DNA of 33,352 nt from Catajapyx aquilonaris (taxonomy: Eukaryota). Shown piece by piece: positions 23,901 through 33,352 of the stretch; within the stretch, counting starts at the first letter, position 1; each line of letters begins with the position of its first letter. The DNA is taken from contig JYFJ02004281.1 in NCBI GenBank assembly GCA_000934665.2, forward strand, positions 1 through 33,352, in the 5' to 3' direction. Under the pieces are notes generated by a model that worked only from the letters and a program-made list of their open reading frames with translations, ran no database searches and was not told the DNA's origin. A program made the position numbers and the translations under genes.

Positions 23901-26387
23901 ATGACAAGTGGTAACAGTGACCAGTCCTTCCGGGGGCTCAGGCCCTCTCTGCCTTCCAATCCAGTTAGTCCACGAGCTGCTTTCAACGTGCCTTCAGGGT
24001 GGGCACTGTCACAGCACCAGTCGCCGGCACCTCTGCATATGCCTCAACAACCTCGTCTGTATGTTCCGCCATGGCAGCAGCCGCATCTACTACAGTTGCA
24101 GTTGCACCACCAACTGTTGCAACCCCGTCAACAGTTACATCAGCCATTTCTGCAATCAGGCCAAGATCCTCAATTGCAGGAGGGTAGTGTGTTTACCCCT
24201 GAAGAAGTTTGTTGGTTGAAACAGTTCATAAGGGCCAATGATGAAGGATTCGCATTGGGGGCTACGCAGTGGGCGCCACCAAGGACATCCGGGAGCCCTG
24301 CACCTCAGGGAGTGCCTCAAGTGGTTATGCAGCAACCAGCATCGCGCAACCTCACTCAGGGAATTATTCATCGTGTTGGAGTTCCACAAGCTGCAATGCA
24401 TTATGGCCAAAGGTGGGCACAGCTAACCAAAAAATTAGCTTCTCTAACAGCTAGTAAGCTAACTATAAAAAATTGACTTTGCTAAATGGCTAGAAAATTA
24501 GTGGGAGCCAAAGTTAACAGCTAACATCTAACTTTTTAAATAGTGTAACTTTTTCTTTGCTCTATGACCCTTAAAAAAAAGACCTAAGCTGATAAAGCTT
24601 AGAGATCGTTGCTACACATACGCCTTATTTAGTTATTTACTGTTCCGTACAAAAAGTAATAAACAAATCCAAAGAGGCAAGAAGTTGGTCACAAATTAAG
24701 TGAAAAGTTTTACATTTTGCAATTGGGAATTGGCAAAGGACAAGGCACAAAATGTATGGGCAAGTGGCCTTCCGTTCGATTTGCCAGAAAATTGGATATG
24801 TATTTATGGCCTGACTCATACAGTGCCCCACAGCATTGCTCAGGGCATTGCAAGGGAGGGATCCCTATATCCTCCTGAGACCTGGTGTCGACATATGTCG
24901 ACATCAGCAAAAGATTTTTTTGGCGCCAACCAGTGATGCCAACAGAACTGTAATAGGCTGGTATCCCATGGTTACAATCTGGCCTCAATAGCTGTAGCCA
25001 CCTAGCGCCGAATATCTGGCTTGGGCCGCAAAAATTAAATCGCGGACAAAATGGCGGATTCCGCTGCTGAAGCTTAGGCGCTCATCTGATAAGTTTTATT
25101 TTTTTACTCATATTTAGAATGCGATTTTCGCAATGCAGTGAATGTCCTGGGATTCGCAAGGAATGTGTCTTAGGAACTGCGAAAAGATGATTCTGTGACA
25201 ATCTTTGTTGCTGTAGAGAACTGGTCATTTTCTTTTCTTCCTGAGACAAAATGTCCATTTAAATGGACATCCGAAAAATGGCATTTTTAGCTGAATGGGT
25301 GTGACTTTTCTTTACGTGCCTGTACCTATACACCCATAAGGAAGTGGGCTTTTTACTGTGCAGTTCAGTTTCAAAATCTAGAATAGCAAGGTACCACTTT
25401 AGCGGGTAAGAAGGGAAGGAGCAAGCCCCATGCCTGGAGTGGTGGCGTTAAAAAATGATTTCATTTATCTTTAATTGTCTTCTGAGAGGAATTTCTACCA
25501 CTAATTCCACAAATTAATTTTAAAAACATTGTTTGGAGGATAGAGCACTATGTGAGTGATCCATTAAGTGGTATTTCAATTTTCAGCTTTCATCCGTTCT
25601 GCTTTTGTAGCACCAATTGGGTCCTGATGTTCCCATTGGTTGTTTGTCGCCATTTTTGTCGATATTTTAAAACTAAATTTTTTTTCTTGTTTCTTATTGG
25701 GAACATGTTCAGAAAATGCAATAGGAACTGACATTGCGTTAAAAAATTCTTCTCAGGTCTCAGGAGGATATGCACAAGATATTTCTAGGGGCCTTCATCT
25801 CAACAGAACACAAGGACAGGGACTGCCATCGTGGCTACCACACTTCCCGTCACAGCAGCAGCAGGCAACACGCACCCCACCCATGGCAACCACGCTGATG
25901 TCTCCAGAGGCCGGTGCATCCCTACCACAGGCATTCTTGCAGGGTAGTCCTCCCCACCAGGGAATGCCCCACTTGCCTAGTCTATCATGGCAGCCATTTC
26001 CATGTCTTGTGCCAGTGCAGAGCTCAGAGCAAGGGCCGGCCAATTACGGGATGCTTGGAGCGCACCAAGCTGGGTGTCATGAATGCTTCGTGAGTGTGCC
26101 ATTGTTTTATAATTTACAGGCTATCCATATGTTACTGAACAATTGTATAATCTGCGTATTGGGAATTATTTGCACCATTGCAGGGAAATGGCAGTGGCTT
26201 CATGGACCCAGTGAGGCAGCTACCCCATGAGTTCCATCATGGGTCTCTCCAGAATAGATCCTTGCTGCAGCAGTGGCGTGATATGGAAGCCAGAAGTAGC
26301 ACTGGCAGCAGCCCCAGGCCAGCAATGACCAGTCCTGGGGAAGCCTCCCTAAATCCATTCTCGGCTCAGGAAACAAGGAGGTTTTGA
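23901..26387 (+). pseudogene. Putative multi-exon Gln/Pro-rich orphan gene, probably decaying: 23901-24408 + 24812-~24990, 25757-26089, 26184-26387
   Basis: Open Q/P/S-rich frames. In-phase GT-AG intron 26090-26183. AATAAA at 26626. The frame rejoins across an insertion flanked by ttatggcc. No recognisable domain. Confidence 0.45.
24409..24803. mobile_element. Probable hAT-like MITE remnant
   Basis: Begins (c)aaaggtgggcacagctaac with agctaac repeats. Flanked by 8-bp direct repeat ttatggcc (24401-24408 / 24804-24811). Right TIR not recognisable. Confidence 0.5.
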
Positions 26388-27429
26388 TAGGTGGACTTCA
26401 CAAGTGCAGAAGTGGACTCTGCCGCTTTCTCTTGGTTTTTATCAATATTTTCTTAGCTGTATTTTGAGGAGACATATTTTTGTGGTGTAGTGAGATGAAG
26501 CATTGTGTTGTATTTTTTCTTTAATTGGTGACTCTTAAAAGTCACACTTCTCTCAGCAAATTTGTGCATTACTTAAGTGCAGGCGGTGGCTTTCCCAAGT
26601 TGTGTTGACAGTAGTTCATTTAAAAAATAAATGCACAAGTTAGTGAAATACTGATATACTGGGACGAGACAGCTGTGCATCATAAGGAAAGTTTTCAGTC
26701 ATGGTTTTTAGGTGGTTTTGTATATCATGGTTTTCTTGACTTTCCAGTTTTGAAAGTTGGATGTTTGATATTATTGCTTCCGACTTTGGGGAGTCATGGC
26801 ACCCATGACTGGAATTTATTACTTTTTACATTACGTTCTGTGAATCACGTGTGCTATCCGCAATAGGAATCTTGACTTGAGTGAAACAAGGAAATTGGTG
26901 CTACGATTTAAACTCTATATATCTGATGATATAAAGTATTAACAAGAATCCAGTTGGCGGGTTAGACGCACGTGAAAAGATGCAATAAAGTGATCTGATA
27001 GCACGTGTATGTGTAGCGTGAGAGAGAGAGAGTTGGCAAGTTCACCGGCAGGGGCATGAGAGAAGTGAGACTCCCGCAAAAGTGGCAGGAGGGTGAAGTC
27101 AGAGGGCGCAGCGGTCGGGCCAATTTTAAAAAGGACAAATTGAATTTTTTAGAGCAACCCTGTTTTTTTAGCCATAAAACAGTATTCCGGTTTAAACTAG
27201 GGAGGGCAACCAAGTAGGGATCAATTATCAAAGCAAGGGCATCAATGTGTAGATAAGCGATGCGGCACTAATGTATGTATAATTGAGACACCAGAGGTAA
27301 AGTAAAAGGACTATATGTAGAAGTCAGGTTTGATGGAATAAACCAACTGAGGCCGAGGTGGAAGCAGTAGTCGAAGCCAGAGCCAAAGTTAAGTGGAGAG
27401 AAGGAGTTGTTCGCCTTTGTTTGATCTCC

Positions 27430-27507
27430 CACCCACCTAAGCGCCTTCGGGCAGCTGGGTACCACCAAACCACCCACACCCACCTAAGCGCCTTCGGGCT
27501 GCTAAGG
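27430..27507 (+). promoter_or_regulatory. Twin bulged C(UUCG)G stem-loops in the LTR
   Basis: 23-bp exact direct repeat cacccacctaagcgccttcgggc (27430-27452 / 27477-27499). Each copy folds as agc-gcc[UUCG]ggc-N-gct with a further lower stem. Confidence 0.65.
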
Positions 27508-27518
27508 CACCCCCTCCC

Positions 27519-27899
27519 ATGCCAAAAGGAGAGGCCAACAAGACCAAGCGGGGTTGCCGGGGCGGCCAACAGCCCCGGGCCAAGAAGCAGCAGCAAGACG
27601 CTGACCAGATCGCCGCCGACGCCGCCCACGCTGCCCAGGAAGCCATCGACCGGGAGTACTCTACCCAGGTGGCACTCCGAGCGGTCATCCGAATAGAGGC
27701 CGCCAAGCGGTGGCACCAAGAACTGGCCCGCCAGGCCGCCGCCCAACCACCCAGCTGCAGACCCCTCCCTCCGCCATCACCTTTCCTCCCCGCCAAGCTC
27801 CGCCTGGTCCTTCCCCCTCCTCTCCCCCGCAGACCTTTGATTGAACTCGGCCCAATCCCTGTCCGCTCCCTCACCGCTACCATCCCTTTGTCTAAATAA
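27519..27899 (+). CDS. LTR-internal ORF, 126 aa: basic N-terminus, Ala/Gln/Glu helical middle, Pro-rich tail; function unknown
   Basis: ATG-initiated, protein-like composition. Only ATG between 27336 and the gag start. Stop overlaps AATAAA 27895-27900. Confidence 0.6.
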   Translation: MPKGEANKTKRGCRGGQQPRAKKQQQDADQIAADAAHAAQEAIDREYSTQVALRAVIRIEAAKRWHQELARQAAAQPPSCRPLPPPSPFLPAKLRLVLPPPLPRRPLIELGPIPVRSLTATIPLSK

Positions 27900-28022
27900 A
27901 CCCTTGCCAGAGCCCCTCCAACCCCACCGCGGGTCCGGGGTCCGAACCTCCCTAACCCTCCCCACCTTTACCCCTTCACCCCCCCCACCACCACCACACA
28001 ACGAAGTCACCCCACGTGACAT

Positions 28023-28040
28023 TGGCGCAGCCGGTAGGAT
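28023..28040 (+). promoter_or_regulatory. Primer-binding site, tRNA-Ser
   Basis: tggcgcagccggtaggat is complementary to the 3' end AUCCUACCGGCUGCG-CCA recalled for insect tRNA-Ser. Confidence 0.85.
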
Positions 28041-28073
28041 CGGCAAGGTCACCCAGCAGCAACACCCAAGAAG

Positions 28074-29279
28074 ATGGAGGAGCTGAGAGAACAAATTCGC
28101 AAATTAGAGGAAGAGAAGGAACGAATGGAGGAAGAACGAAGGCAGATGAAAGAGGAAAAGGGGAAACCAGAGTGCGCCATGACCAACATAAGTTTTGCCA
28201 ACGCCATACCAGTGTACGACGGGACCGGAGCCGCCCAAGGCATCACAGACTTCCTGGCCTCTATTGAAACAGCAGCGGAAATCTCGGGATGGACGGACCC
28301 CCAGAAGACACTAATTATGAAGCTGCGAGTCAGTGGAGAGGCACGGGCTTTTATGAACTCCCTACCCAACGCCGCCTCCCTTCCATGGGCAGAAGCGGCA
28401 GAAGCTCTGAAAACAAGATATGATGAGCCAACCACCACCGCGACCCTCATACAGCAGCTGGCGGAGGTCAAACAGAAGGAGGGCGAAACCACCCGCGCGT
28501 TCGCGGCACGGATACGGCAGCTGGGCTCAAGGATTGTGGAGAACACGAGGTCCAGCCACGACAACAACCTCCTAACAGCGCAAATGACGGCGCAGTTCAC
28601 CAGAGGACTGAGGTCCCCTGATGTCCGCAGGTTTGTGTGTTACGCAAACCCTACCACCTTCGACGAGGCCGTGTCGATAACTGCTCTTCAGGAGGCGAAT
28701 GAAGACTCTACACCAAAGAAATCAGTCCGACTGGTGGAGGCGAAATGCACAGAAGAGAGGTTGGAGGAGATGCTTCAACGGATGATGCACTTCATCGATG
28801 CAAGAGAAGGAAAGGGAGAGCCACCGACACAAGAAGCCACGAGGGGACGGAGCCCCGCCTCGCGAGGCTACCAACAGAACGGAAGACGTGACCTCACCCC
28901 TGGGAGACCCTACAGAGATAACAGCAGGGGGAGGAGCCAGTCCCGAGAAAGAGACCAGTCCAAGGGAAGATACAACCCCAACCACAACCCCCAGAGAGGC
29001 CCCGCCCCCAACTATCCCTACCATCCCATACCTAGCTACCAGTACCAAACCCCTTCGCCAAGCTACACCCATTCCAACTTCCCCAACCAACCCAGACAAC
29101 CCCCACCCACGAAGGACCAAACAGGAGAAGCCCAGGGACAACCCTGCCACCTATGCCTCCGCTACGGACACGACCCCAACAACTGCTGGACCCAATCTTC
29201 GCAGTGCTTCCGTTGTGGAGGATGGGGCCACCTCGCAAGGGCATGTCCGGGAAACGGGGCTCGGCCCTCCCAAAACTGA
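28074..29279 (+). CDS. gag: Gag, 401 aa (N-terminal coiled coil, capsid, two CCHC zinc knuckles)
   Basis: QKEGETTRAFAARI (major-homology-like), QFTRGL, CHLCLRYGHDPNNC and CFRCGGWGHLARAC. Confidence 0.95.
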   Translation: MEELREQIRKLEEEKERMEEERRQMKEEKGKPECAMTNISFANAIPVYDGTGAAQGITDFLASIETAAEISGWTDPQKTLIMKLRVSGEARAFMNSLPNAASLPWAEAAEALKTRYDEPTTTATLIQQLAEVKQKEGETTRAFAARIRQLGSRIVENTRSSHDNNLLTAQMTAQFTRGLRSPDVRRFVCYANPTTFDEAVSITALQEANEDSTPKKSVRLVEAKCTEERLEEMLQRMMHFIDAREGKGEPPTQEATRGRSPASRGYQQNGRRDLTPGRPYRDNSRGRSQSRERDQSKGRYNPNHNPQRGPAPNYPYHPIPSYQYQTPSPSYTHSNFPNQPRQPPPTKDQTGEAQGQPCHLCLRYGHDPNNCWTQSSQCFRCGGWGHLARACPGNGARPSQN

Positions 29280-29292
29280 AGAAGGAGGGCCG
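29249..29292 (+). promoter_or_regulatory. -1 programmed ribosomal frameshift signal
   Basis: Slippery heptamer G_GGA_AAC (29249-29255) in the gag frame, 6-nt spacer, 9-bp stem cggccctcc/ggagggccg. pol is in the -1 frame. Confidence 0.85.
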
Positions 29293-32200
29293 TGACGTCA
29301 GGAGAATAGAGGGTGCCCAGGACGGGAGAGGAGCAACCGCGGCGGTCCGGAAGTTAGAAAAACACGCCATATTCATCAACGCCACTATCCAGAACCAGCA
29401 AGCGATTTTTCAGCTCGATACGGGAGCAATGGCCTCCATCATCAACCCAGAGTGGCTACCCCTTCAAACCAGCCCGGCCGAGGACGAAGAAGCTGCCGAA
29501 TTGGTGGGGGTCACAGGCGATGTTCTACCTGTCCAAGGCGTTTACCACTTTGAACTTAACGTCGGTGGGAGGAAGATCCTGCACCCACTCTGGGTCATAG
29601 AGGAAGGGAGCCAAGCCTACGACGGTATCCTCGGGCAGGATTTTATCGCTGCCCAAGGAATTGATATCCTGACCAGCCAATCGGCGATAAACATGGGAGG
29701 GCTAATCATCCCATATGCTCGCAACCACCGCTACCCCAAAACCGCCCCTATCAAATGGATAGACACACGACCCATTCCCGCCCGATCCGAGATAATCACA
29801 ACCGGACTGACGGACAGGAAGTACTGGAACAAGACCATCCTGCTGGAGCCCGTGGGACAGCCGGTGGGCGGATTCGTGGTGGCCCACGCCCTCACGCAAG
29901 TCTCCGGGGACGGTCGGGTCCCTATCAGGATCGTCAATACCACTGAGGAAGACATCCACATACCGGCAAACGCAACTATAGGAAAAGGAAGCTCGTCATA
30001 CGCACTGTACGACACCTCGAAGAACAACGCGGCCCAGCTGGAGCCTGACTGGACCGAACTCAAGATGGGACCCCTCGAGAGCTACCATCAAGACGACCTG
30101 AGGAACCTACTACAGGAATACAAGAACGTGTTCCAGGCAACGGACGGCCCCTTGGGGCAAACATCGACCGTAAAGCACAGGATTGAGACGGGAGAAGCAC
30201 GCCCCATCGCCTGCAGACCTTACCGAATCCCGGAAAGACAGAAAGAAGAAGTAACCGCCTGCATCGATGACATGCTGCGGCATGGGGTAATTGAACCGAC
30301 GTCATCTGCATGGGCGGCGCCAGTCGTCCTAGTCCAGAAGCCCGACGGCAAACTGAGGTTCTGCGTGGATTACCGGAAATTAAACGCGGTCACAAAACGA
30401 GACATCTACCCTCTACCCACCATCCCGGAAACGCTGGACAAGCTGGGAGGGTCCAGATACTTCAGCTCCTTAGACCTCCACACGGGATTCTGGCAAATCG
30501 ATGTGGACAAACGGGACAGAGAGAAAACGGCCTTCATACTACCTAACGGCAGGTACCAATTCACAAGGATGCCGTTCGGCTTAGTTAACTCACCCAGCAC
30601 CTTTCAAAGATTGATGGACGTCACACTCGCCGGACTTAAAGAAGACATTTGTCTAGTGTACCTAGATGACATCATTATTTACTCGGAGTCCTTCCCGGAA
30701 CACCTGAGACGCTTACGGTCAGTCCTCGACAGACTCAAGAAGGCGGGACTAAGGTTAAAACTGTCCAAATGCCATTTCGCCAAGGAACGAGTCAAATACT
30801 TAGGACACATAGTCTCAAGAGACGGAGTCGAACCCGACCCCGCTAAGATCAGCACCATCCAAACCTACCCGGAGCCACGCACCATCAAACAAGTCCGAGC
30901 CTTTTTAGGCCTCGTCGGGTTCTACAGGCGATTTATCCCCAGATTTGCGGATCTGGCGCAACCATTGACCCGGCTGACGAAGAAACCTGCTTACCCAGGA
31001 CAGAAGCTACAGTGGGGAGAAGAACAGACCAAAGCCTTCACCACCCTGAGAAATTCCCTTACTAAATTCCCAGTCCTACGCTGTCCTGACTTCTCAAAAC
31101 CATTTACGCTTTCAACCGACGCATCCGCCTACGCCGTCGGCGCCACGTTGTCACAAAGATTTGAGGATGGAGAGCATCCCCTGGCATACCAGAGCCGGCA
31201 ACTCAGCAAGGCAGAGAGAAACTACTCGACAACGGAAAGAGAATGCCTAGCTGTCGTGTGGGCGATGAGGTCATTCAGATGCTACCTTTACGGCCGACAC
31301 TTCACCGTCATCACAGACCACGCCCCCTTGAGGTGGCTAATGAACCTGAAGGATCCGTCTTCCCGGTTGGCCCGTTGGTCAGTCGCACTCCAAGACTACG
31401 ACTTCGAAGTGATACACCGACCAGGCAGACTCCACTCCAACGTGGACGCCCTGAGCAGGATCGAGGTCAACACCATCCATGAACTAGAAGAGACCTGGGA
31501 TAAGGCCAGACTTAGGAAGGAGCAGGGGGCAGATCCATACTGCCGCCCCATCCTGGAAGACGTGCGGAACGAGCGAAGACGGGACTTCTACACCGCCAAC
31601 GGGATCTTATACACCCAAAAAGGCAGCAGGGAAGTCGTCGTAGTTCCCAGGACCATGACGGAAAAGATTATGGAACTCCATCATGACCCTCCATTCGCAG
31701 GCCACTTGGGGTACCACAAAACCCTGGCAAAAATCCAACAACGATTCACCTGGCCGGGGATGACAAAGGACATCCGACAATACTGTAAGACCTGCACATC
31801 CTGCCAGAAGAGGAAGCAGCCCAGACCTCGAGGGACGGCCCCCCTCCAACCTTACCCAGAAGTACACCTGCCATTCGAGCGCGTATCGATGGACTTCATG
31901 GGACCACTACCAACCTCAGAGGGCGGGAACAAGCACATCCTGGTGCTAACGGACTACCTGACGAGATATCCGGAAGCGTTCGCCTTACCGGACCAGAAGG
32001 CAGAGACGGTGGCCAGGGTGTTGGTCAACGATGTGTTTACACGGCACGGCATCCCGCGCCAGCTGCTCACGGACCAAGGCCGGAACTTCACATCACGCCT
32101 CATGAAGGAGTTATGCAACCTCCTCGGGGTGAAGAAGATACAGACCACGGCGTATCACCCTGCGGCAAACGGGCTAGTGGAAAGGTACAACCGTACGTTG

Positions 32201-33013
32201 GTAGACAGTCTGAGCCACTACGTCAACAAGGACCAGACCAACTGGGACGAAGGAGTACCACTCGTTCTGATGGCGTACCGTAGTGCGGTACAGGAGTCAA
32301 CGAAGGAGACGCCCTTCTTTCTCATGCACGGACGTGACATGACCCTACCGGCGGATGACACCTTCACAGCGCCGCCGGAGCCATACAACGACAACCCTTC
32401 CTACAGGACCACGTTAGCACGCCGCATGCAGTCGGCGTACGAGGTGGTCAAGGAGCGGTTAAAGGAAGCTTTCCAGAATCAGAAGAAACAGCACGACCGG
32501 AAGAGGGAGGAAAAATGCATCGAGGAAGGTGACCTGGTCTTACTCCACACCCCGAATTGCCCACCCCGCCTCGCCCACAAACTCTTCAACCCTTGGGACG
32601 GGCCCTTCCGAGTACTCCAGCAGACCCATCCCTGCAACTACCTGATCCAACACATGAAGACGGGGAAGAGGCACCACGTCCACGTGGACCGCCTCCGACC
32701 ATTTACACCCCGACACCCCTTCCCTATGATGAACGACACGCCCCAAGCAGAGGCGACGCAACCAGAGTCAGTCACGGAGAGGATTATCGAAACAGAGGCC
32801 CCGATCCTGGAGGATATATGGATCATCCCGCCTGCCGTCACCTCTACCGTAGCGACAAGCCCGGAGCGACGTACCCTGGTGACGGAGAGGAGCTACCAGC
32901 CGGTGACCGATCAGCGGCAGTCTGCCAGCCGGACGACGGGGTACCGCGACCAGGACAGGTCACGACCCACACACAGCTACAACCTCCGCAGCCGTGGAAG
33001 CCCGACCGAGTGA
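29249..33013 (+). CDS. pol: Pol polyprotein (protease, RT, RNase H, integrase), expressed as a Gag-Pol fusion
   Basis: LDTGA and GILGQD; LRFCVDYRKLN, MPFGL, YLDD; TDAS, ECLAV, TDH; HHCC zinc finger, MDFMGP, LTDQG, NGLVERYN; WDGPF. Uninterrupted frame (ORF track 29153-33013). Confidence 0.97.
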   Translation, partial: GKRGSALPKLKKEGRDVRRIEGAQDGRGATAAVRKLEKHAIFINATIQNQQAIFQLDTGAMASIINPEWLPLQTSPAEDEEAAELVGVTGDVLPVQGVYHFELNVGGRKILHPLWVIEEGSQAYDGILGQDFIAAQGIDILTSQSAINMGGLIIPYARNHRYPKTAPIKWIDTRPIPARSEIITTGLTDRKYWNKTILLEPVGQPVGGFVVAHALTQVSGDGRVPIRIVNTTEEDIHIPANATIGKGSSSYALYDTSKNNAAQLEPDWTELKMGPLESYHQDDLRNLLQEYKNVFQATDGPLGQTSTVKHRIETGEARPIACRPYRIPERQKEEVTACIDDMLRHGVIEPTSSAWAAPVVLVQKPDGKLRFCVDYRKLNAVTKRDIYPLPTIPETLDKLGGSRYFSSLDLHTGFWQIDVDKRDREKTAFILPNGRYQFTRMPFGLVNSPSTFQRLMDVTLAGLKEDICLVYLDDIIIYSESFPEHLRRLRSVLDRLKKAGLRLKLSKCHFAKERVKYLGHIVSRDGVEPDPAKISTIQTYPEPRTIKQVRAFLGLVGFYRRFIPRFADLAQPLTRLTKKPAYPGQKLQWGEEQTKAFTTLRNSLTKFPVLRCPDFSKPFTLSTDASAYAVGATLSQRFEDGEHPLAYQSRQLSKAERNYSTTERECLAVVWAMRSFRCYLYGRHFTVITDHAPLRWLMNLKDPSSRLARWSVALQDYDFEVIHRPGRLHSNVDALSRIEVNTIHELEETWDKARLRKEQGADPYCRPILEDVRNERRRDFYTANGILYTQKGSREVVVVPRTMTEKIMELHHDPPFAGHLGYHKTLAKIQQRFTWPGMTKDIRQYCKTCTSCQKRKQPRPRGTAPLQPYPEVHLPFERVSMDFMGPLPTSEGGNKHILVLTDYLTRYPEAFALPDQKAETVARVLVNDVFTRHGIPRQLLTDQGRNFTSRLMKELCNLLGVKKIQTTAYHPAANGLVERYNRTLVDSLSHYVNKDQTNWDEGVPLVLMAYRSAVQESTKETPFFLMHGRDMTLPADDTFTAPPEPYNDNPSYRTTLARRMQSAYEVVKERLKEAFQNQKKQHDRKREEKCIEEGDLVLLHTPNCPPRLAHKLFNPWDGPFRVLQQTHPCNYLIQHMKTGKRHHVHVDRLRPFTPRHPFPMMNDTPQAEATQPESVTERIIETEAPILEDIWIIPPAVTSTVATSPERRTLVTERSYQPVTDQRQSASRTTGYRDQDRSRPTHSYNLRSRGSPTE

Positions 33014-33242
33014 CACTAAACATTCAAGTGGACACCCCAGTGTTTTGCCAGTGGGCGGAGGATAATCAGTTTTGCGATGATGAGAAGACACGACACGTCG
33101 GACAAAGTGTGTAGTGTTATGTTGTTGGAAATGAGATGTGCTGTTGAGTCGAGAGAGGAGTTATGGAATGTACTATTTTAGCTGCCCATTACAATGGTAA
33201 GGCAGTGGTGTCCCGTGATGCAGGGACACCATGCTTGAAACT

Positions 33243-33255
33243 AAAGAGGGAAGTA
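33243..33255 (+). promoter_or_regulatory. Polypurine tract
   Basis: aaagagggaagta immediately before the 3' LTR TG. Confidence 0.8.
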
Positions 33256-33352
33256 TGTAGCGTGAGAGAGAGAGAGTTGGCAAGTTCACCGGCAGGGGCA
33301 TGAGAGAAGTGAGACTCCCGCAAAAGTGGCAGGAGGGTGAAGTCAGAGGGCG
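33256..33352 (+). repeat. 3' LTR (partial)
   Basis: 97/97 identical to 27012-27108. Confidence 0.97.

Larger units (their letters stand above)
27012..28021 (+). repeat. 5' LTR (1010 bp)
   Basis: Starts TGTAGCGTG (repeated at 33256) and ends CACGTGACA, 1 nt before the PBS. Confidence 0.92.
27012..33352 (+). mobile_element. Ty3/gypsy LTR retrotransposon, apparently intact, no env; 3' LTR runs off the window
   Basis: LTR-PBS-gag-pol(PR-RT-RH-IN)-PPT-LTR order. The 97 bp of 3' LTR in the window are identical to 27012-27108. Confidence 0.98.

Noticed and set aside
24990..25567. Possible Kolobok-like end (ctatgtgagtgatcca-TTAA); also lone TIR-like starts at 3407, 16108 and 16300
   Set aside because: Only one end is visible in each case, with no partner TIR or TSD.
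27324..29385. Antisense ORFs over the LTR and gag
   Set aside because: Shadow frames of C-rich, stop-poor sequence with no recognisable motifs.
33014..33242. Possible env gene; overlapping ORF 32557-33114
   Set aside because: Only about 230 bp separate pol from the PPT. The overlapping frame has no signal peptide or TM segment and is explicable by GC-rich pol codons.

Overview
Eukaryotic, transposon-dense window, most likely from an arthropod; there are no prokaryotic features. The left half holds a decayed, intron-containing copy of the C-terminal part of a cytoplasmic dynein-1 heavy chain gene (about 5320-14250, +). Its first visible intron contains a tRNA-derived SINE split by a 4.27-kb P-superfamily element with a spliced THAP-transposase. 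Further right are a hAT deletion derivative and several MITEs. A Mutator-like element (about 16800-23613) carries five nested insertions whose removal rejoins its reading frame at each coding junction. It is followed by a decaying Gln/Pro-rich orphan gene. The right end is an apparently intact, very young Ty3/gypsy retrotransposon (27012 to window end) with tRNA-Ser PBS, gag, -1 frameshift, pol and PPT. The most striking observation is inside its 1010-bp LTR: two tandem bulged C(UUCG)G hairpins sit directly upstream of a 126-codon ORF with a Lys/Arg-rich N-terminus, and its stop codon overlaps an AATAAA. This is a candidate LTR-encoded RNA-element/regulatory-protein module reminiscent of TAR/Tat or boxB/N. 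All protein identifications are by recalled motif or sequence similarity, not by database search.
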